From Eledone cirrhosa (lineage: Eukaryota), in NCBI GenBank assembly GCA_964016885.1, contig OZ024746.1, forward strand, positions 63,302,001 through 63,366,000: a stretch of DNA of 64,000 bases, read 5' to 3'. Below are positions 27,364 to 41,501 of this stretch, piece after piece; position 1 is the first letter of the stretch; each line of letters starts with the position of its first letter. The position numbers and the translations under genes are program-made. Under the pieces are notes generated by a model. The model had not been told where the DNA came from. It saw nothing but the letters and a program-made list of their open reading frames with translations, and searched no databases.

Positions 27364-29118
27364 ATATTTTAAAATGTTTATTTTTATATTAAAACATTCC
27401 ATCATAATTTCATTTTAGAAATTTTAAAGTAATATTTTAAATATCAGCTTACTAATGAAAAACTTAATTATTTTATTAAATTCTTCCAAATTTTTGGTTA
27501 TTTTCAAAATTAATTGAAACACATAGGCAACGTATTTCATTAGAAATATGATAATGAAAGGGTTAAAGCCTTTCAATTCTGTGATTTGTTTTTACATTTG
27601 GAATTTCTTAAATTCTTCAAGAAAATCATCAACTGTGAGAAATAGTATACAAACGTTTCCATGGACAGCCAGATCTTAATCTGTTGCTTTGGTTTGGAGA
27701 TAATAAACTTACTTGTAAATTTGTTTCATATAATGTGGTGGTAGTAGTGATAGTACTGGTTGTTGTAGTTTAGGATGGGTCAAAACTTCTTGAACAGACA
27801 TTCCGTAGCTGACTGAATCATTTGAATCAACACTGCAGGCCTGACTGTGGATCAGTTCACTACTTCGTAGTTCTGAGTTTGATCCCACTGTGCAGCATCT
27901 TAAGCTACAGTCTTCTATCATTGCCTTAGATTGACCAATACTTTCTGACTGGAGTTCAGTTAACTCTATGGAAGCTTATTGTGTATGTGTTTCACCAATG
28001 CGTATTGCCAAAGGATATACACATCAGTGAGGAACCAAAAGCCAATATTTGTTCTGCATTTAGTTGCAGAAACTCCTGTGTCAATTCTGACAGAAAAACT
28101 GAAGCAGTGATTGACCTTTTTGAAATGCATAACTGACGACACTGTTTCCAATTGGAAAATAAATCAATCATAATTATATCCCATGTGTATTTGTATATTT
28201 ATATATATCTCCATCTGTAACTCTTTAAAATTTACACTCTTATACACACAATGCGTCTCCTACCTTAGTTATGTTGTCACAATAAGAATTTCACTTTCCA
28301 ATCACAAGGTTCTGTAAAGAGTTATTTTATTTCTCCAAACTTAAAATTATACATTTAATCCTGTATGTCATTTGTACATATATGCTGACTAGTTACATAA
28401 TTATAATCATTTCCCCATGTCAATAATTAACTTAAACTATAGGGTTTGTTTTATGCAAACCATAGTCATAACTGCTATGATATACTGGTTAAACAATGTA
28501 CTTTCCATGGTGTCATTTAATTTACCCGATTATCAAACACTCAATTATATTGATGAAAATATTTTTTTTCTTATCATTGTCTAGTAAATTATAATTAGTT
28601 TATTATAACAATTGAATTTATTTAATGCAATTCAAATCTGTTTAATGGTGATTTAAAAAGAAAAAATAAAGTCTTTTAAATCAGCCTAAATTAAAGCAAT
28701 GACATCATATTTATTGTATCTGGATTTACATTATCTCATAGACAACTTTTAAACAATGAGGTAATATTTAAATCAGAATTAAACTAAATTGATACAAAAA
28801 AAACAAAAACAAATCCTTGAACAATAGATGTCAGTCTTATTTCCTAAAGTTTACAGTTAAATCGCCTTTAATGTACTTCCTGTACTACACCTTCAGGTAG
28901 TAATACAACAACCAATGAGATTTTTAAAAAGCAACTTTGAAACTGTTGAAAATCTAACGATCATACATACGAGTACAATCATGTACATTCTTTGTCTACT
29001 CTTGCTGGTGTAGCTGGGGGCTACAATATGCAGCTGTATGACAGGTTTGAAAGTGCTAAATAGGTGAGTGGGAACAGAGTATTTGTTAATCTTTCTCTCT
29101 TTCTAAGGTTAGATTAGT

Positions 29119-29319
29119 TTAACCCTTTAACATTTAAACCAGCCGTATCCAGCCAGAATTCTCTCACCACTTTCTGTACAAACTGGCCATAACTGGCCAC
29201 TCATACTGATGTTAAGGTATTGTTCTCAAAATAAATATCAAAATCTCATAGATTCGATATTATGTAAGGTAAAGCCTTTACTGTGAAAATAGAATAGTAA
29301 ATATAGGCTAAAGGGTTAA
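29119..29319 (+). mobile_element. piggyBac-like MITE family C
   Basis: TTAACCCTTTA...TAAAGGGTTAA. Confidence 0.88.
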
Positions 29320-29554
29320 AGTAGCTAAATTTATTTAGTATTCTAACGATATAGAGTTTGAAAACTTAACACTTCAACTTTTTGTTAGGACTAAAATCAA
29401 TTTCCAACCACACCAATATGTTTATCTTTTGTTCAGGCAATAGAGGGGGGTTGTACAAGTTATTAATATCTCATGTATGTTCTTACATTAGACATTACTT
29501 TTGCCAGTAAATAGACATTTATACTTTCTGGTATTTGTATGATTGTTTACAGAA

Positions 29555-29866
29555 GGCTTAGTGGTTAGAGCATTGGCCTTGCAATCGAAAGGTTGAGAGT
29601 TCAATTCTCAGACCGGGTGATGTGTTAGTTCCTTGAGCAAGACACTTATTTCACATTGCTCCAGATGTGAAATGAGATGATAGGACAGGAGTCCATATCA
29701 TTCCACTGCAAAGTGGTCATGGAGGTGTCACGGCAAAAAAGCACCCAGCACTCACTGTAAATGAGGTTGGTGTTAGGAAGAGCATCCAGCTGTAGAAATC
29801 AAGCCAGAATCGGTTCCCGTCCCACCCTTGCAAGCAGGGAAAAGTGGACGTAAAATGAAATGATGA
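29555..29866 (+). mobile_element. SINE family B (young subfamily)
   Basis: A-box GGCTTAGTGGTTAG, B-box GAGTTCAATTCTC, CORE-like domain, tail GGACGTAAAATGAAATGATGAT. Confidence 0.88.
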
Positions 29867-30005
29867 TTACATTGTGGTTTGTGTGTGTGTGTGAATACAG
29901 GTATATTTCTTTCTTTATCTATGTGTGTGTGCATATACATGTTTGTTTCGTTCTCAGTATGTTTGTATGTGTTTCTTTCTTTATATATGTGTATGTGTTT
30001 GTTTG

Positions 30006-30160
30006 TGGTTGGTGTTAGGAAGGGCATCCAGCCATAGAAAACCTGCCAGAAACAGTTCTGTATGAGTGAGACAAGGTCACCCGACCAATCTCCCCTGAAG
30101 TGGGTCAAAACCGTCCGACCCATGCTAGCATGGAAGATGGACGTTAAACGATGATAATGG
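30006..30160 (+). mobile_element. RTE-LINE/SINE 3' tail fragment
   Basis: GTGGTTGGTGTTAGGAAGGGCATCCAGC...CCCATGCTAGCATGGAAG...GGACGTTAAACGATGAT. Confidence 0.8.
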
Positions 30161-30742
30161 TGTGTGTGTTTCATTCTCTATATGTATTTGTCTGTAAGCA
30201 TTTGTATCATATTTATGGATTTTGCACAAGTTCTCAGAATTTCTAAATGTATGTATTCACAATCATTCAATATAAATGTGAATTATATAGATATATATTT
30301 ATATATTAGAATATGTCTTCATACCAGTTATGTATGTATAGACAGAGATGTATATAGTTTCTTTATATGGGAAACCAAAACTAATTTACCTGTTGCAGCT
30401 TACTTTAATTCTCTCTCATTGGTATTTTCTGTACGACATGGGATTAATTTATATAATAAACCTTTATCAATAGCCATGTCATGAAAATCTTTCTGACCAT
30501 TGCTACTATGAAACAAGAAGTCACATTTCATGCACACTCTCTTACTCTCATGCCCACCCTCACATGCTCTCTCTCCCTCTCTCTCTCTCCCCATCCCCCT
30601 CTCCCTCATACACAATAATATAAAGTCAATCAATCATTTGACTATAAATAATCCATTACTTTCATGGTCATGAGTTTGCACTATCAGTGGTTGACCAGCG
30701 CCATTGATTTATGAATATCTACAAATAGAAGTTCTGACTTTG

Positions 30743-30957
30743 TTAACCCTTTAGTGTTCAAACCGGCCAAAACTGGCCAGAATTCTCTACCCTTTTCTGT
30801 TGAAACTGGCTGTAACTGGTCACTCATACTGATGTTAAGGTATTGTTCTCAAAATAAATACTTTCAAAATCTCATAGATTCGATATTATGTGAGATAAAG
30901 CATTTACCATGAAAATATAATAGTATATATAAAATAATGTGAATGCTAAAGGGTTAA
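30743..30957 (+). mobile_element. piggyBac-like MITE family C, full length
   Basis: TTAACCCTTTAG...CTAAAGGGTTAA. Confidence 0.88.
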
Positions 30958-31799
30958 ACATATACCACCTGGAATCCATGTGTTTGTGTGTATTTGTGAA
31001 CATTTGTACTTACTATTTGCTAATTCAGGGCTTCTGTAAGCTTCATAATCTCTGCCCTTTTCTTTTGACTAAACCATTAAAAAGATATTATGTAACAGGT
31101 AGATATCCATTAATATAGCCTTACTTATATCCTGTTATTTTAAAATGCACCCTGTATACACTATAAAGTCGTTGGTGTTAAGAAGGGCATCCAAAGATAG
31201 AAACCATGATCCCCAGTACACACTAATGTGGTTGGTGTTAAGGGCATCTGGGAGCATCTTACTGTGATTCCAGTAATACCAGCCTACAGAATGGATTGTT
31301 TTTTTTATTGTGGCGCCAGCACTACCACCTTGCAGGATAGACTGGATGCTTTTTGTAGAGGCACCATGACTGGGTGCTTTTTATCATGTCACCAGCACCA
31401 CCGTACAGTGTTTTAGTCATGGCCCCAGCACTACTACTTTACAGAGTGACTTGGGTACTTTTTGTCATGTCACCAGCACTACTACCTTACCAGGTGGGCT
31501 GAATTCATTTTATCATGGCACCAGCACAAGTAAAATGGCTTCAGTTGAAAATTGAACCTGAATCTCGTCTTCAGCTCCACGACTTGTCCCCTTAACTCTG
31601 TCATACTTCACACAGATGACACAACATAAGTTTTGTAGTAGTGGGTAGGGGATTAAGCATTTTATTATGTACCGGATTAACCTATCTTTAAGGCTCTTTT
31701 TCATATCACTGAAAATTTAATCAAGATACACTCCTCATTATAAATGTATCACTATAACTGCCAACATTAATTTCCTCCTTCTCTACCTCCTCCTCCTCA

Positions 31800-31837
<38 letters not shown>

Positions 31838-31924
31838 ACATTGTTCTCATCCTCCTCTTACACTATTACCATTATCATTTTTTTATAATCCCATCCCACT
31901 GTTGAATTTGTGCTGGCTTTTCTA

Positions 31925-32070
31925 CATTCTGAGTTCAAATCCTGCCAAAGCCAACTTTGCCTTTCATCCTTCTTGGGGTCGATAAAGTACCAGTGAAATA
32001 TTGGGGTTGATTTAATCGACTTTGCCCCTCCCTCAAATTTGCTGGCCTTTTACCTAAATTAGAAATCAAT
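31925..32070 (+). mobile_element. SINE family A, older variant
   Basis: GAGTTCAAATCC...TTTGCCTTTCATCCT...GGGGTCGATAAAGTACCAG. Confidence 0.7.
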
Positions 32071-32810
32071 ATACACTATCATCACTATCATCATCATCAT
32101 TATACCTTTTATCAAAAGAATTACCAATATTCTTTTCCTACAAATACCATCATCATCATCCCCTGCCACTGCCTTCTGCTTTCTTCCCCCTATTTATCAT
32201 TATCATCATCCCCAACCACCTACCCTATTAAAAATCTACCACCCTTACTGCCATCATCAATTTTACTTCCTGGTATAACCTCACCATTCCAATCATCTCT
32301 TTATCGATGTTTGAGTTTTTGCCCTTCTGCTCCCTTACCTAATTATTGATCTAATTCTCAGTCTTCTGTAAACATGTGGTGGTAAGGAAATGCAGCACTT
32401 CATCCTTTTACTGTAAATGAACACTTTCTTTTAAATTTTGTTGTTGTTTTTATACATCCTCACCCTTCCCTTCTTTCTTAATGTCTCTATTTCACTTTCT
32501 CTTTATCTCAACCCCTACTTACATTCAGATCCTTATCTAAATTTAACATTTTAAAATCTATTAAGCTGATATTCGTTTCCCTTATTTTGCTCTCATTTTT
32601 TACCACCTATCTCTCTCCATTACCTCCATCTTTCTCTTGCCCCTCCCCCCATCTCTATGTTCTCCACCCTTCTCCATCTATGTTTTCCAACTATTCTACA
32701 CCTTTTGATCTTTGTTTAACCCGATTTCTTTTCATGTTACTTTTAAGATGAAAATAAAACCACTCATTTATTTCCCAGACAAACCTATCCCCTAATTGCA
32801 AGTAATTAAC

Positions 32811-32856
<46 letters not shown>

Positions 32857-33233
32857 ATGTTAATTAATGTATATGTATTATTATAACTATGTATACAAAG
32901 GTTAATTGCAATTGGAGGATAGGTTTGTCTGAGATGTTTTGCCCTGTGCTACACATGCTCACAAAGGGACCAGTGAGTCCCCCCACCCACCTCTACCTTG
33001 AATAAAAGGAGGGTGTAGTAAACTTGGCAGACCTATCAATACCTGGTTATCATTGGTGGAGGAACACCTGGCAGACATGGGCAGCCCTGAGTGCAGGTTC
33101 ATGACAAGGCTTGCAACCATGTGGAAAGTAGATCTCTCATTGTTCAATTCTTCTTAGGAAGCAATAGAAACTAAAGATCTCTGCTTGTTTTTATATTTCT
33201 ATGTATTTGCACCTCGAACATCTTTACTATTTC

Positions 33234-33291
33234 TTAGACTTAGACTCACATTAGACTTAGACTCACATTAGACTTAGACTCACATTAGACT
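33234..33291. repeat. 20-bp tandem repeat x~3 (TTAGACTTAGACTCACA core)
   Basis: Direct reading. Confidence 0.75.
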
Positions 33292-33509
33292 TTTGATGAA
33301 AGGTATTCTAGCCATTGACTACATACAGGATCTAATAAGTCCTTTTGGTAGATTCTTCTTTTTTATGAAGATTTGGCTGCTATTTGTAGCAGTCTGAGCA
33401 AGCACATAGAGAAAGGCAACTTTGTTGGTGGACACCTGCTGTTGAATCAGTGTACACATATATCTGATCACATCTACAATTTACATATTTGTTAATACAT
33501 GTGTTTCAA

Positions 33510-33545
<36 letters not shown>

Positions 33546-33548
<3 letters not shown>

Positions 33549-33835
33549 AAGTTATGTTGGTGCCACAACATCCAGGCCGAAGCAAATGAGATCGTGTAGG
33601 TGTCACAACAAAAAAAAACACACAGTCCACGCTGTAATGTGGCCGTGTAGGCAACACGGTAAAAACCTCCCAGTCCCACACTGTAAATGTGGTTGGTGTT
33701 AGGAAGGGCATCCAGCTGTAGAAAACCCGCCAGACAGTCCTATGCGAGCAAGACAACCACTCTTGCCTCAAGTGGGAAAACTCCCGTCCAAACCCATGCA
33801 AGCAGGGAATATGGACGTTAAACGATGATGATGAT
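33546..33835 (+). mobile_element. RTE-LINE 3' UTR fragment
   Basis: Reverse-complement match to 47904-48180; ends in (GAT)n. Confidence 0.8.
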
Positions 33836-33852
33836 ATATATTTATATATATA

Positions 33853-34038
33853 TAATTGTTTCTACTTTAGGCACAAGGCCAGCAATTATCCAGTGTATTA
33901 CTGGTACTTTATTTTATCGACCCTGTAAGGATGAAAGGCAAAGTCAACCTCGGCGGGATTTGAACTCAGACCGTAAAGGGACGTAACTATGCTGGAAAGC
34001 ATGACGTCCGACCCTCTACCGATACTGCCAATCCACCG
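33853..34038 (-). mobile_element. SINE family A, full length
   Basis: Complete from head (CGGTGGATTGGCAGTATCGGTAGAG) to tail on the - strand. Confidence 0.88.
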
Positions 34039-34352
34039 AATGATGTGCATATACATTTCCACCAACCCTTCTTCATCTAACTATATTTTATACACCTGAT
34101 CTCGTACACAGTGGGTAATAATATCAATACCACTTGCAACTGATATTTTGCAACTGCAGTAATACAAGCTTTAAAATCAGCATCAATTTAATGCAATAAC
34201 AATAATGAATACAAGGAGTGGGTGTCATATAGTCAACATAGGAGTTAGGGGTGAAAGTTAAATAGGTAGTGGGTTCATGAAATACCTTACAATGAGTATT
34301 TTTTTTTTAGTTTTTTTTACTAGGCATAAAGAAAGGGAAATATTATATAGAT

Positions 34353-34420
34353 CAGGCATGTCAAACTGTGGGTCCCCCAAGGGCCACATGGGTCACATGT
34401 TGTCCGAGGGCCACACATAA
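34353..34420 (+). mobile_element. Possible hAT-type DNA transposon end
   Basis: CAGGCATGTCAAACT start followed by repeated GGGCCACA subterminal motifs. No partner end identified. Confidence 0.4.
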
Positions 34421-35141
34421 CTAATTGCGCACATTACAACTAATTTTTTTAATTTTATATTACAAAGATAAAACATGCCTGATATAGATCATCATCATCA
34501 TATGTCTGTTTTTCCTGCTAGCAAGGATTGCATGGGTTATCAGAGACTAAATCAGTGTTTAATCAAAGTCGCTGGTCTCTCTAATGAGCCAAGGGTTGTA
34601 TCTTGCTTATGTATATTCCCACATATATTTTATTGCACTATATATGTTATTGTGGCACCAACACTAGGTAGATCATCACAACAGAAGAGTCCTCTCTATC
34701 CTTTCTTTGGCAAGTTTTCAATGGCTAAGTGCCCTTCCTATTACCAACCACATAACAGGGCATACTAAAGGGTACTCTCAACCCTTTTTTGGCATGATTC
34801 TAACCCCACATAGTGTACTAAGTGTATCATATCATGACATCGGTACTAGGTAGGCTATCGGTCAGTGATTCAACCGAAGTGCATACTTGTCCCACATCTA
34901 TCCAGTCATTGATAAGGTTATAAACTGTGATAAAAGAACTTTGGCAAATCCATCAGTTAATTTACTAATTAACTAATTGATTGTTAATAAAACCATAGTA
35001 AAATACAACCTGTGTGTGTTTGACCTTATTACCTTCCCAAAGTACAACAACATCTGTTTCAACATACAATTTCACATCAAGAATCTTGCAAAACAAAATA
35101 GAAAAATGAAATACAAATATTTACCAATTGTTAAAATATTT

Positions 35142-35485
35142 GAGATACACCACATGATATCCCACCAATATTTAGGATACACCACATCATATACCACCAA
35201 TACTTAAGATACACCAAATGATATCCCACCAACATTTGAAATACACCGCATCCTATCCCACCAACATGAGATACACCACATCGTATCCCACCAATACTTG
35301 AGATACATCACATAATATCCCACCAATACTTAAGCTACATCACATGATATCCCAGCAATATATGGGGTACACCACATCATATCCCACTAATATGAGATAC
35401 ACCACATGATATCCTAACAATATATGAGATACCACATCGTATCCCACCAATGTATGGGATACACCCCATCATATCCCACTAATAT
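35142..35485. repeat. ~29-30-bp minisatellite, ~11-12 diverged copies (GAGATACACCACATCATATCCCACCAATA)
   Basis: Recurring ATACACCACAT..TATCCCACCAA motif. Confidence 0.88.
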
Positions 35486-35722
35486 TTCATACTATTTTAT
35501 TTCTACTTTTTGCCGTGTCTTCATCTAAAAGAATTGAAGCAGAATAAGTAGTGGAACTTACTTAATAATGTGATTAATTTTGTATTTATTTAATTCTTAT
35601 CTACTTAAAAGTTATCCTGTCAGATCATGGCTAATTATTATCTCCACTAATCAACACAGTGGTGCATTTATCTTCAAAATTCTATTCATATGTGTGTCAA
35701 GGTCATTTTATTTAAATTCATG

Positions 35723-35759
<37 letters not shown>
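35723..35759. repeat. (TCA)n microsatellite
   Basis: Direct reading. Confidence 0.9.
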
Positions 35760-35974
35760 TGTTTTCATTCATCATATTTTTTGCACTGCATCAATATTAG
35801 ATTAAGACACTTACTTAACAAGATCAATTCAACTTAACATTGACTTAAAGTATCAGATATTTTATGCAGTCAGTTCTTGAATGTCAATATCAATGTACTG
35901 CTACTGACATGCTCTCTGCAAACATCACCAAATGACCTCAGCTCTGATCCTCTAATTTTGATATTTTGATATAA

Positions 35975-36230
35975 AGGGAATTAGGTGTAATGTTCAAGAG
36001 AGAATACTGCACTGGTATGTTGTGTATGGATGATAACCATTGGGTGAAGAAGTGCCAAGAAATCCCAGTGGAAGGAAACTACAGTAGAGGGAGGCCAAAG
36101 AAAACCTGAGCAGAGGTTGTGAGAGCTGATATCAAGTACTGAATCTCAAAACTGGGTTGACGAAAAGCCACAAGTGGGGAAATACTATGCTGAAAAGGAC
36201 CCATCTAAGCATGAAAAAACGAACGCAAAA
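35975..36230 (+). mobile_element. Degenerate RTE-like LINE 3' end
   Basis: Encodes ...VEGNYSRGRPKKT*AEVVRAD, the GRPxKTW motif at RTE C-termini. Confidence 0.65.
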
Positions 36231-37687
36231 TGCTTAATTTCAAGCACAGGAAAGGCTGTGCGGTTATGAAATTTGCTTTGCAACCACATGGTTTCAGGCT
36301 TCATCCCACAGCATTATGCAAGTTTCTTCTACAATAGTCTTCGGCTGACCAATGCCTTGTGAGTGAACTTAGTTGACAGAAACTGTAAAGAAATTTATCT
36401 TACATATGTCCGTGTATGTGTGTATATCAATTTACCAACAACACTAAAAAAAGCAACTAGTAATGTTTTTGTTCTGTATAAATCTTGCAGTGTAGCCTGT
36501 TCAACAAAAATGAACAGTATATACCATATTTCTAAGTATGGGTTGACATCAGAATCACTGCCTCAACATCCTATCCATGCCAACAGAAAAAAAAATGAGA
36601 ATGATGAGGATAATAAATCTTATAATTCAGAGAACTCTAGATTAACCCTTTTAATACCAGCCTTCCTATGACTACATATATTAAAGTGCTCATATTTAAA
36701 TTTTTGTGAGATTTTAGCAAGGAAATCTCCCTCACATTGAATAACACAGTACCTAGTTACACTTTCTGAATAAAGAATGGGATGTTTATGGCTGGAATAG
36801 TTTTGATATGTCTACTTCGTGAGAACTAACCTGGCTAAACTACAACTATTAATATATTAAGATTATTTTATGAAATCCCTTTAGAGTCTTGATTATATTC
36901 AAAATCAACTGAAACAGGCAATCTCTCATAAATAGTTATGAAAGGCTTAACACGGTCTACTTAAATATGTGTAAACTTATGTAGCGACATAATAGGATAG
37001 CCAGTATTCTGTTCTAGGGAGAATCTCTAACTACCTAACATTTACATTATTTAAGGGTCTAACAGATGACAAAATCCAATGAATGGAAGGATGCTGGAAA
37101 AAATCCTTCCAACTCATGCATATTTAAAATGATGTAACTGCTCTTTTTCATATCCATTTTCATTTAATAGCTACTGGAACACTAACTAAATGTGGAGACT
37201 ATAGTATTGGGCAATTGAACAATGACACCTTAGTGTCTAAGAGGATTTTTCAGTTTGGATGATCATATGACAATTTTCTCTAGTGTTAGTGCCATGATAA
37301 GATGCACCCAGTCCACCCTGTAAAGTGGTTGTGCAGGTGCCATGAAAAAATGCATCCAGTGTGCTCTGCAAAGTGGTTGATGTTAAGAAGAGCATCCAGC
37401 CATAGATGCCAGGCCAAATATGGAATATATAAGCAAGACATGGTCCCCTGACCAATTTAGCCTCAGAACTAGACAACCTGTCCAACTCATTCCAGCATGA
37501 AGATTGGATGTAAAAAGAATGATGATGATGATTTATATATATATATTTATATATATATAATTACAATTATATAGAATTATCTCAGATTTTTTTCTGCTTC
37601 AATATATGATATTCTTTTTCTTTGCTATTTGTATTCTTTCTAACAATTTAAAAATGTATAATTAAATCCTTCTTGGTTTCTCTTCAG

Positions 37688-37915
37688 ATATTGCAAAAGG
37701 ACATAGAATCCCACTTGAGAGTGGTTTCAGCAGTTCTTAAGCTTGGTGAATGCCTTCAAAATGGAACAAACGAAGACCAGCTATGTGAAGAATCTATCAC
37801 TTTTCCAGAGTCACTCAATGATGTCAGCCACAATCTGGAGAAAAGATGGCATACAATTTGGTTACAGTCACTTGAGTGGCAGTGTCGTTTAGAACAAGCA
37901 ATCATCTCTAAGAAG
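37688..37915 (+). CDS. Internal coding exon, spectrin-repeat protein (klarsicht/AKAP6/nesprin-like): ILQKDIESHLRVVSAVLKLGECL...NLEKRWHTIWLQSLEWQCRLEQAIISKK
   Basis: Acceptor TTTCTCTTCAG|, donor AAG|GTATGT, 228 nt, phase 0/0. Spectrin-repeat helices B and C (LQxDIExH...LExRWxxIxxxxxEWQxRLE). Continues exon 13297-13421 in frame. Confidence 0.92.
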
Positions 37916-40900
37916 GTATGTTTTACTTACTATCACTTCTTCAGTCATTTTCAAACAGACATAATTTTCCAGTTGAAAGAAAAAGAAACAATTAATCTTA
38001 AAGTATCTGAGGACCCAAATTTTGTTAGTTTTTATCTTCTTTACCCACTTATTCCTGGGAGGGTTATGGGGGACTTCCAACAAGTCCTGTCAGAAACAAG
38101 TCACCAATTGATCTGGGTAAATCCCCTAGCAAAACCAACCAAGCTCATTGTTGTTATTCAACCATCTTGCTTATTTATGGTCTACCACTGGGTCTCCTGC
38201 CAGTTAGTTTTGTTAGTTGATAGCAAAATAGGTAATAAATTTAGATTCTGTCAGTAAGTTAAGCAATAGTAGCTGAACAGATTATTAAAATAATTTAAAA
38301 ATTATAAGAGTATTGTGATAGTTTATAAACCAAAGGATCAGCATTTTCTATTTCAGCACAGTACTATGAACAAAGAAAAAAAAATGTAACACTCAGTCAA
38401 CTTAGCTAAAAATAGGTACCATAAGGAGGAACAACAGTTCATAACTCCTAGCAGAGTCTGAAGTGGGTACTGAAAAGGTAATAAGAAATTGCCTTAGTAT
38501 AACTATCCTTGAATTATTTTGAATGACATTTTCACTAATGCCTCAACAACTCCAGTAGTTACAAGATATTACTACCAATACAGTTTTTTTTTTGTAAATT
38601 TGGTATTAGAACTATTACAGTTTTGTGGGCAATATAGTTACTCCTTTAATAAGAAAGCACCTAGAAACATATTTACAGTATGTATCTCAGATTTTAGAAT
38701 AGATACACCTCATATATTGTGTTGTAAGAAGCAATTATAAGGGCTAGTGTCAATAAGGAACTACAGTTATATAGCACTGCTTCAAAAAGTACTATCCAAC
38801 CCATGCTTACATAAAAAAATTGATGTGAAAAAAAAACAATATTCAAAACAAATATTCTCAATAAACTTATTTCGTTTATGTACACAGGTATTTTGTTTAC
38901 ATAAATCTCTATTAAACTTCAATTCAACATTGACACACACCTTCATATCCAATGAACCATGTTATAATAGCTATAATTCCAGTCCACTCTCTACTGTACT
39001 TGCTACTTTCCACTATTTTTTAGCTGTTCTATTATTTTATTTATACTACATATAGATTTCTGTGTCTACTTTGAAATTTTCATTGAATCAGAACATCAAA
39101 TATTTACTAATGTTCTCTAGAAAAACTATAATTCAAACCTTTGCCTCAATAGTTGTTTTATTTTTTTTTTTACTCTTTTATGTTTGTATTTTAGTATTCT
39201 CTATTATTTGTCTTTGTTGTGTGTGTATTTGTATAATTATACATATACATACACACACATATGTATGTGTATATATATTTATATAATGATTTGTTTTTCT
39301 AACAAATATACATTGCTTAATAGATGTTTGCTTGCCACAAAAAGGTCTCTTCCACTGAAAGCTGTTGACATAGACCCACAGAAACAATCCCATCCAAATC
39401 ACATAGTATGGCTTATTTGAGGAGTGTCTCTTAATTTCCTAATTCCCTTCCCTTAGTCAACATTAGCAATTAGGAATTGAATAACAGTTTATAATGAACA
39501 CCTTTTTTTCTGTCTTTTTTTCCCCCCTATTTCTTAAATCAATCTTATTGATTTTAAAGTGTTACTTCCTTGAAAACTTTTGGATTCTAGTGCAATGTTC
39601 TTAATCTTAGGTTTATGTATATATTGCTCTCCCTTAGTTTAAAAGTACCTTAGATTATATCAGTGTTTACATTACTGGAATATAGTTACATGTTCACTGC
39701 CAAACAATACCAATAAGGAATTGTATTAAACATTTTTCTATAGTGTTTGTCTTCACTGTAGAGTTTTAGTTTTCTGGCTGCTTAATTGGAGGATCGGGGA
39801 GAGGAGAAAGGGTGATGTTATTGTTTTCTTTCACTCCCATTCCTCTGGTATATGTTGTGTTCTTGATCTTATTGAAAAAATTATGATGCAATCATTATCT
39901 CTAATTGTGTTACACATTAAGTATCCATAACTTTGGACTTTCTACCTCCACTCATGGGCGTTCCTTAGCCATCTCCTCTGAAGTTCAGCAATTTGAGATC
40001 AGCTCTAACCTCCTCTTCACAGGTTGTTCTCAAGTTTCTTCTATTGCAGCTTCCTTCTCTTGGAATCTCCTGCCACCTCTTCACCTAGCAATCATCATCC
40101 ATATGCATCACATCATAACCAGTACAGCCTTTATAATTCTGACTCTAAACGAGGTGTATAACTTTGCATATTACCCTGATAAACAAGACTTTCACAGTTA
40201 AGTAGTTAAGTTAGCTGTATGTAGAGGTCCACTAAAAGCCATGGAAAACATACAAAACTCTGTGCATGCATGTATATATGCATATGCACGTGCCACAATG
40301 TTACACTTTGAGCTAGCTATCTAACTCTACTTATTCTAGTCTATTTATTGATCAAAGAACAATAAAGTGGTTAGCGCTAAGAAGCTTCATCCAGATATAA
40401 AATTAATTGCTCCAACAAATAAAACATCCCACCCATGCAAGCATAGAAAAGCAGATTATAAACAGTAATGTGTGTGTGTGTGTGTGATGTTACATTCTTG
40501 TGCAACTTTCAACATACTAACAATAATATTTGTATTTGCTTTTAAAATTTTTTGGTATTCAAGCAGAGGAGTAATTACTTCTTACATAAAGTTTATACTG
40601 TATTGACTGGTTTATTTAACTCTTCTGATACCGTCCTAGCCTAAACCAGATCTTGGTCTATGAAACAAAATTACGCCTTTTAACCATATTCATACTGATC
40701 TAACCTAAACTTGACTTGGGTCTATGAAACAAAACTACCTCTTTCAAAGGGTTCCTATTTAAATTTAAAAAATTTTCCAACATAATTATATATAAGAATC
40801 TTATGTTAAGTTACTCTCTTAGTAATGTAATAATTCATTTTCATAAATCACTTAAAATTCTTCATTAATTAATTGAAATAGAATGTTGTTCATCAGAAAT

Positions 40901-41501
40901 ATGGTCCCCAAAGTGTTAATGGGTTAATCAGAAGTTCTATAGAAAGTATTTGTTTTCATGGCTACACTTTGAGGATATCTCTTGTTTCTTGTTAAAGATT
41001 TTGAAAGGTTGCTTGAGAAGAAAATCAGCAGATCATAGTCCGAATTTTTGGTTTCATCAACTATTTCATACAAGACACTTTTCTTTATATCAATCTACCT
41101 ATCAGAGAATAATGTAAATATTTAACATGGAAAAATTGAATGATGTCAATTTTAACAATGTTCTTCTGGCAATAACGTAAAATAGAACTAGTGGCCTAAA
41201 ATGTTATAAAGCAGAGGAAAATATTTGAGAAATCTTATTTTTATTTTTTCAATTTAGTTTTCTTTTCAAATAACATTTTTTATTCCATTACTTCGTTTCC
41301 AGTTGACCTATTAATTTGCCCATCCTTTCTTTGTTACTTAAAGAAAATACCAACAGAAATGTGTGGGTGAGAGAATATATCTGATGTTGTTATACATCTG
41401 TAATTTAACACTATCTTTATGGATACTTCTAGTAGGATCTGAATTATTTATTGGGTCAAGTTACAAATGCTGCTGATTAGTGAACTCATGTGTGTGTATA
41501 T

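Noticed and set aside
37916-38257. 3' extension of the 194-aa ORF
   Set aside because: Lies beyond the GTATGT donor; intronic read-through without spectrin-like pattern.
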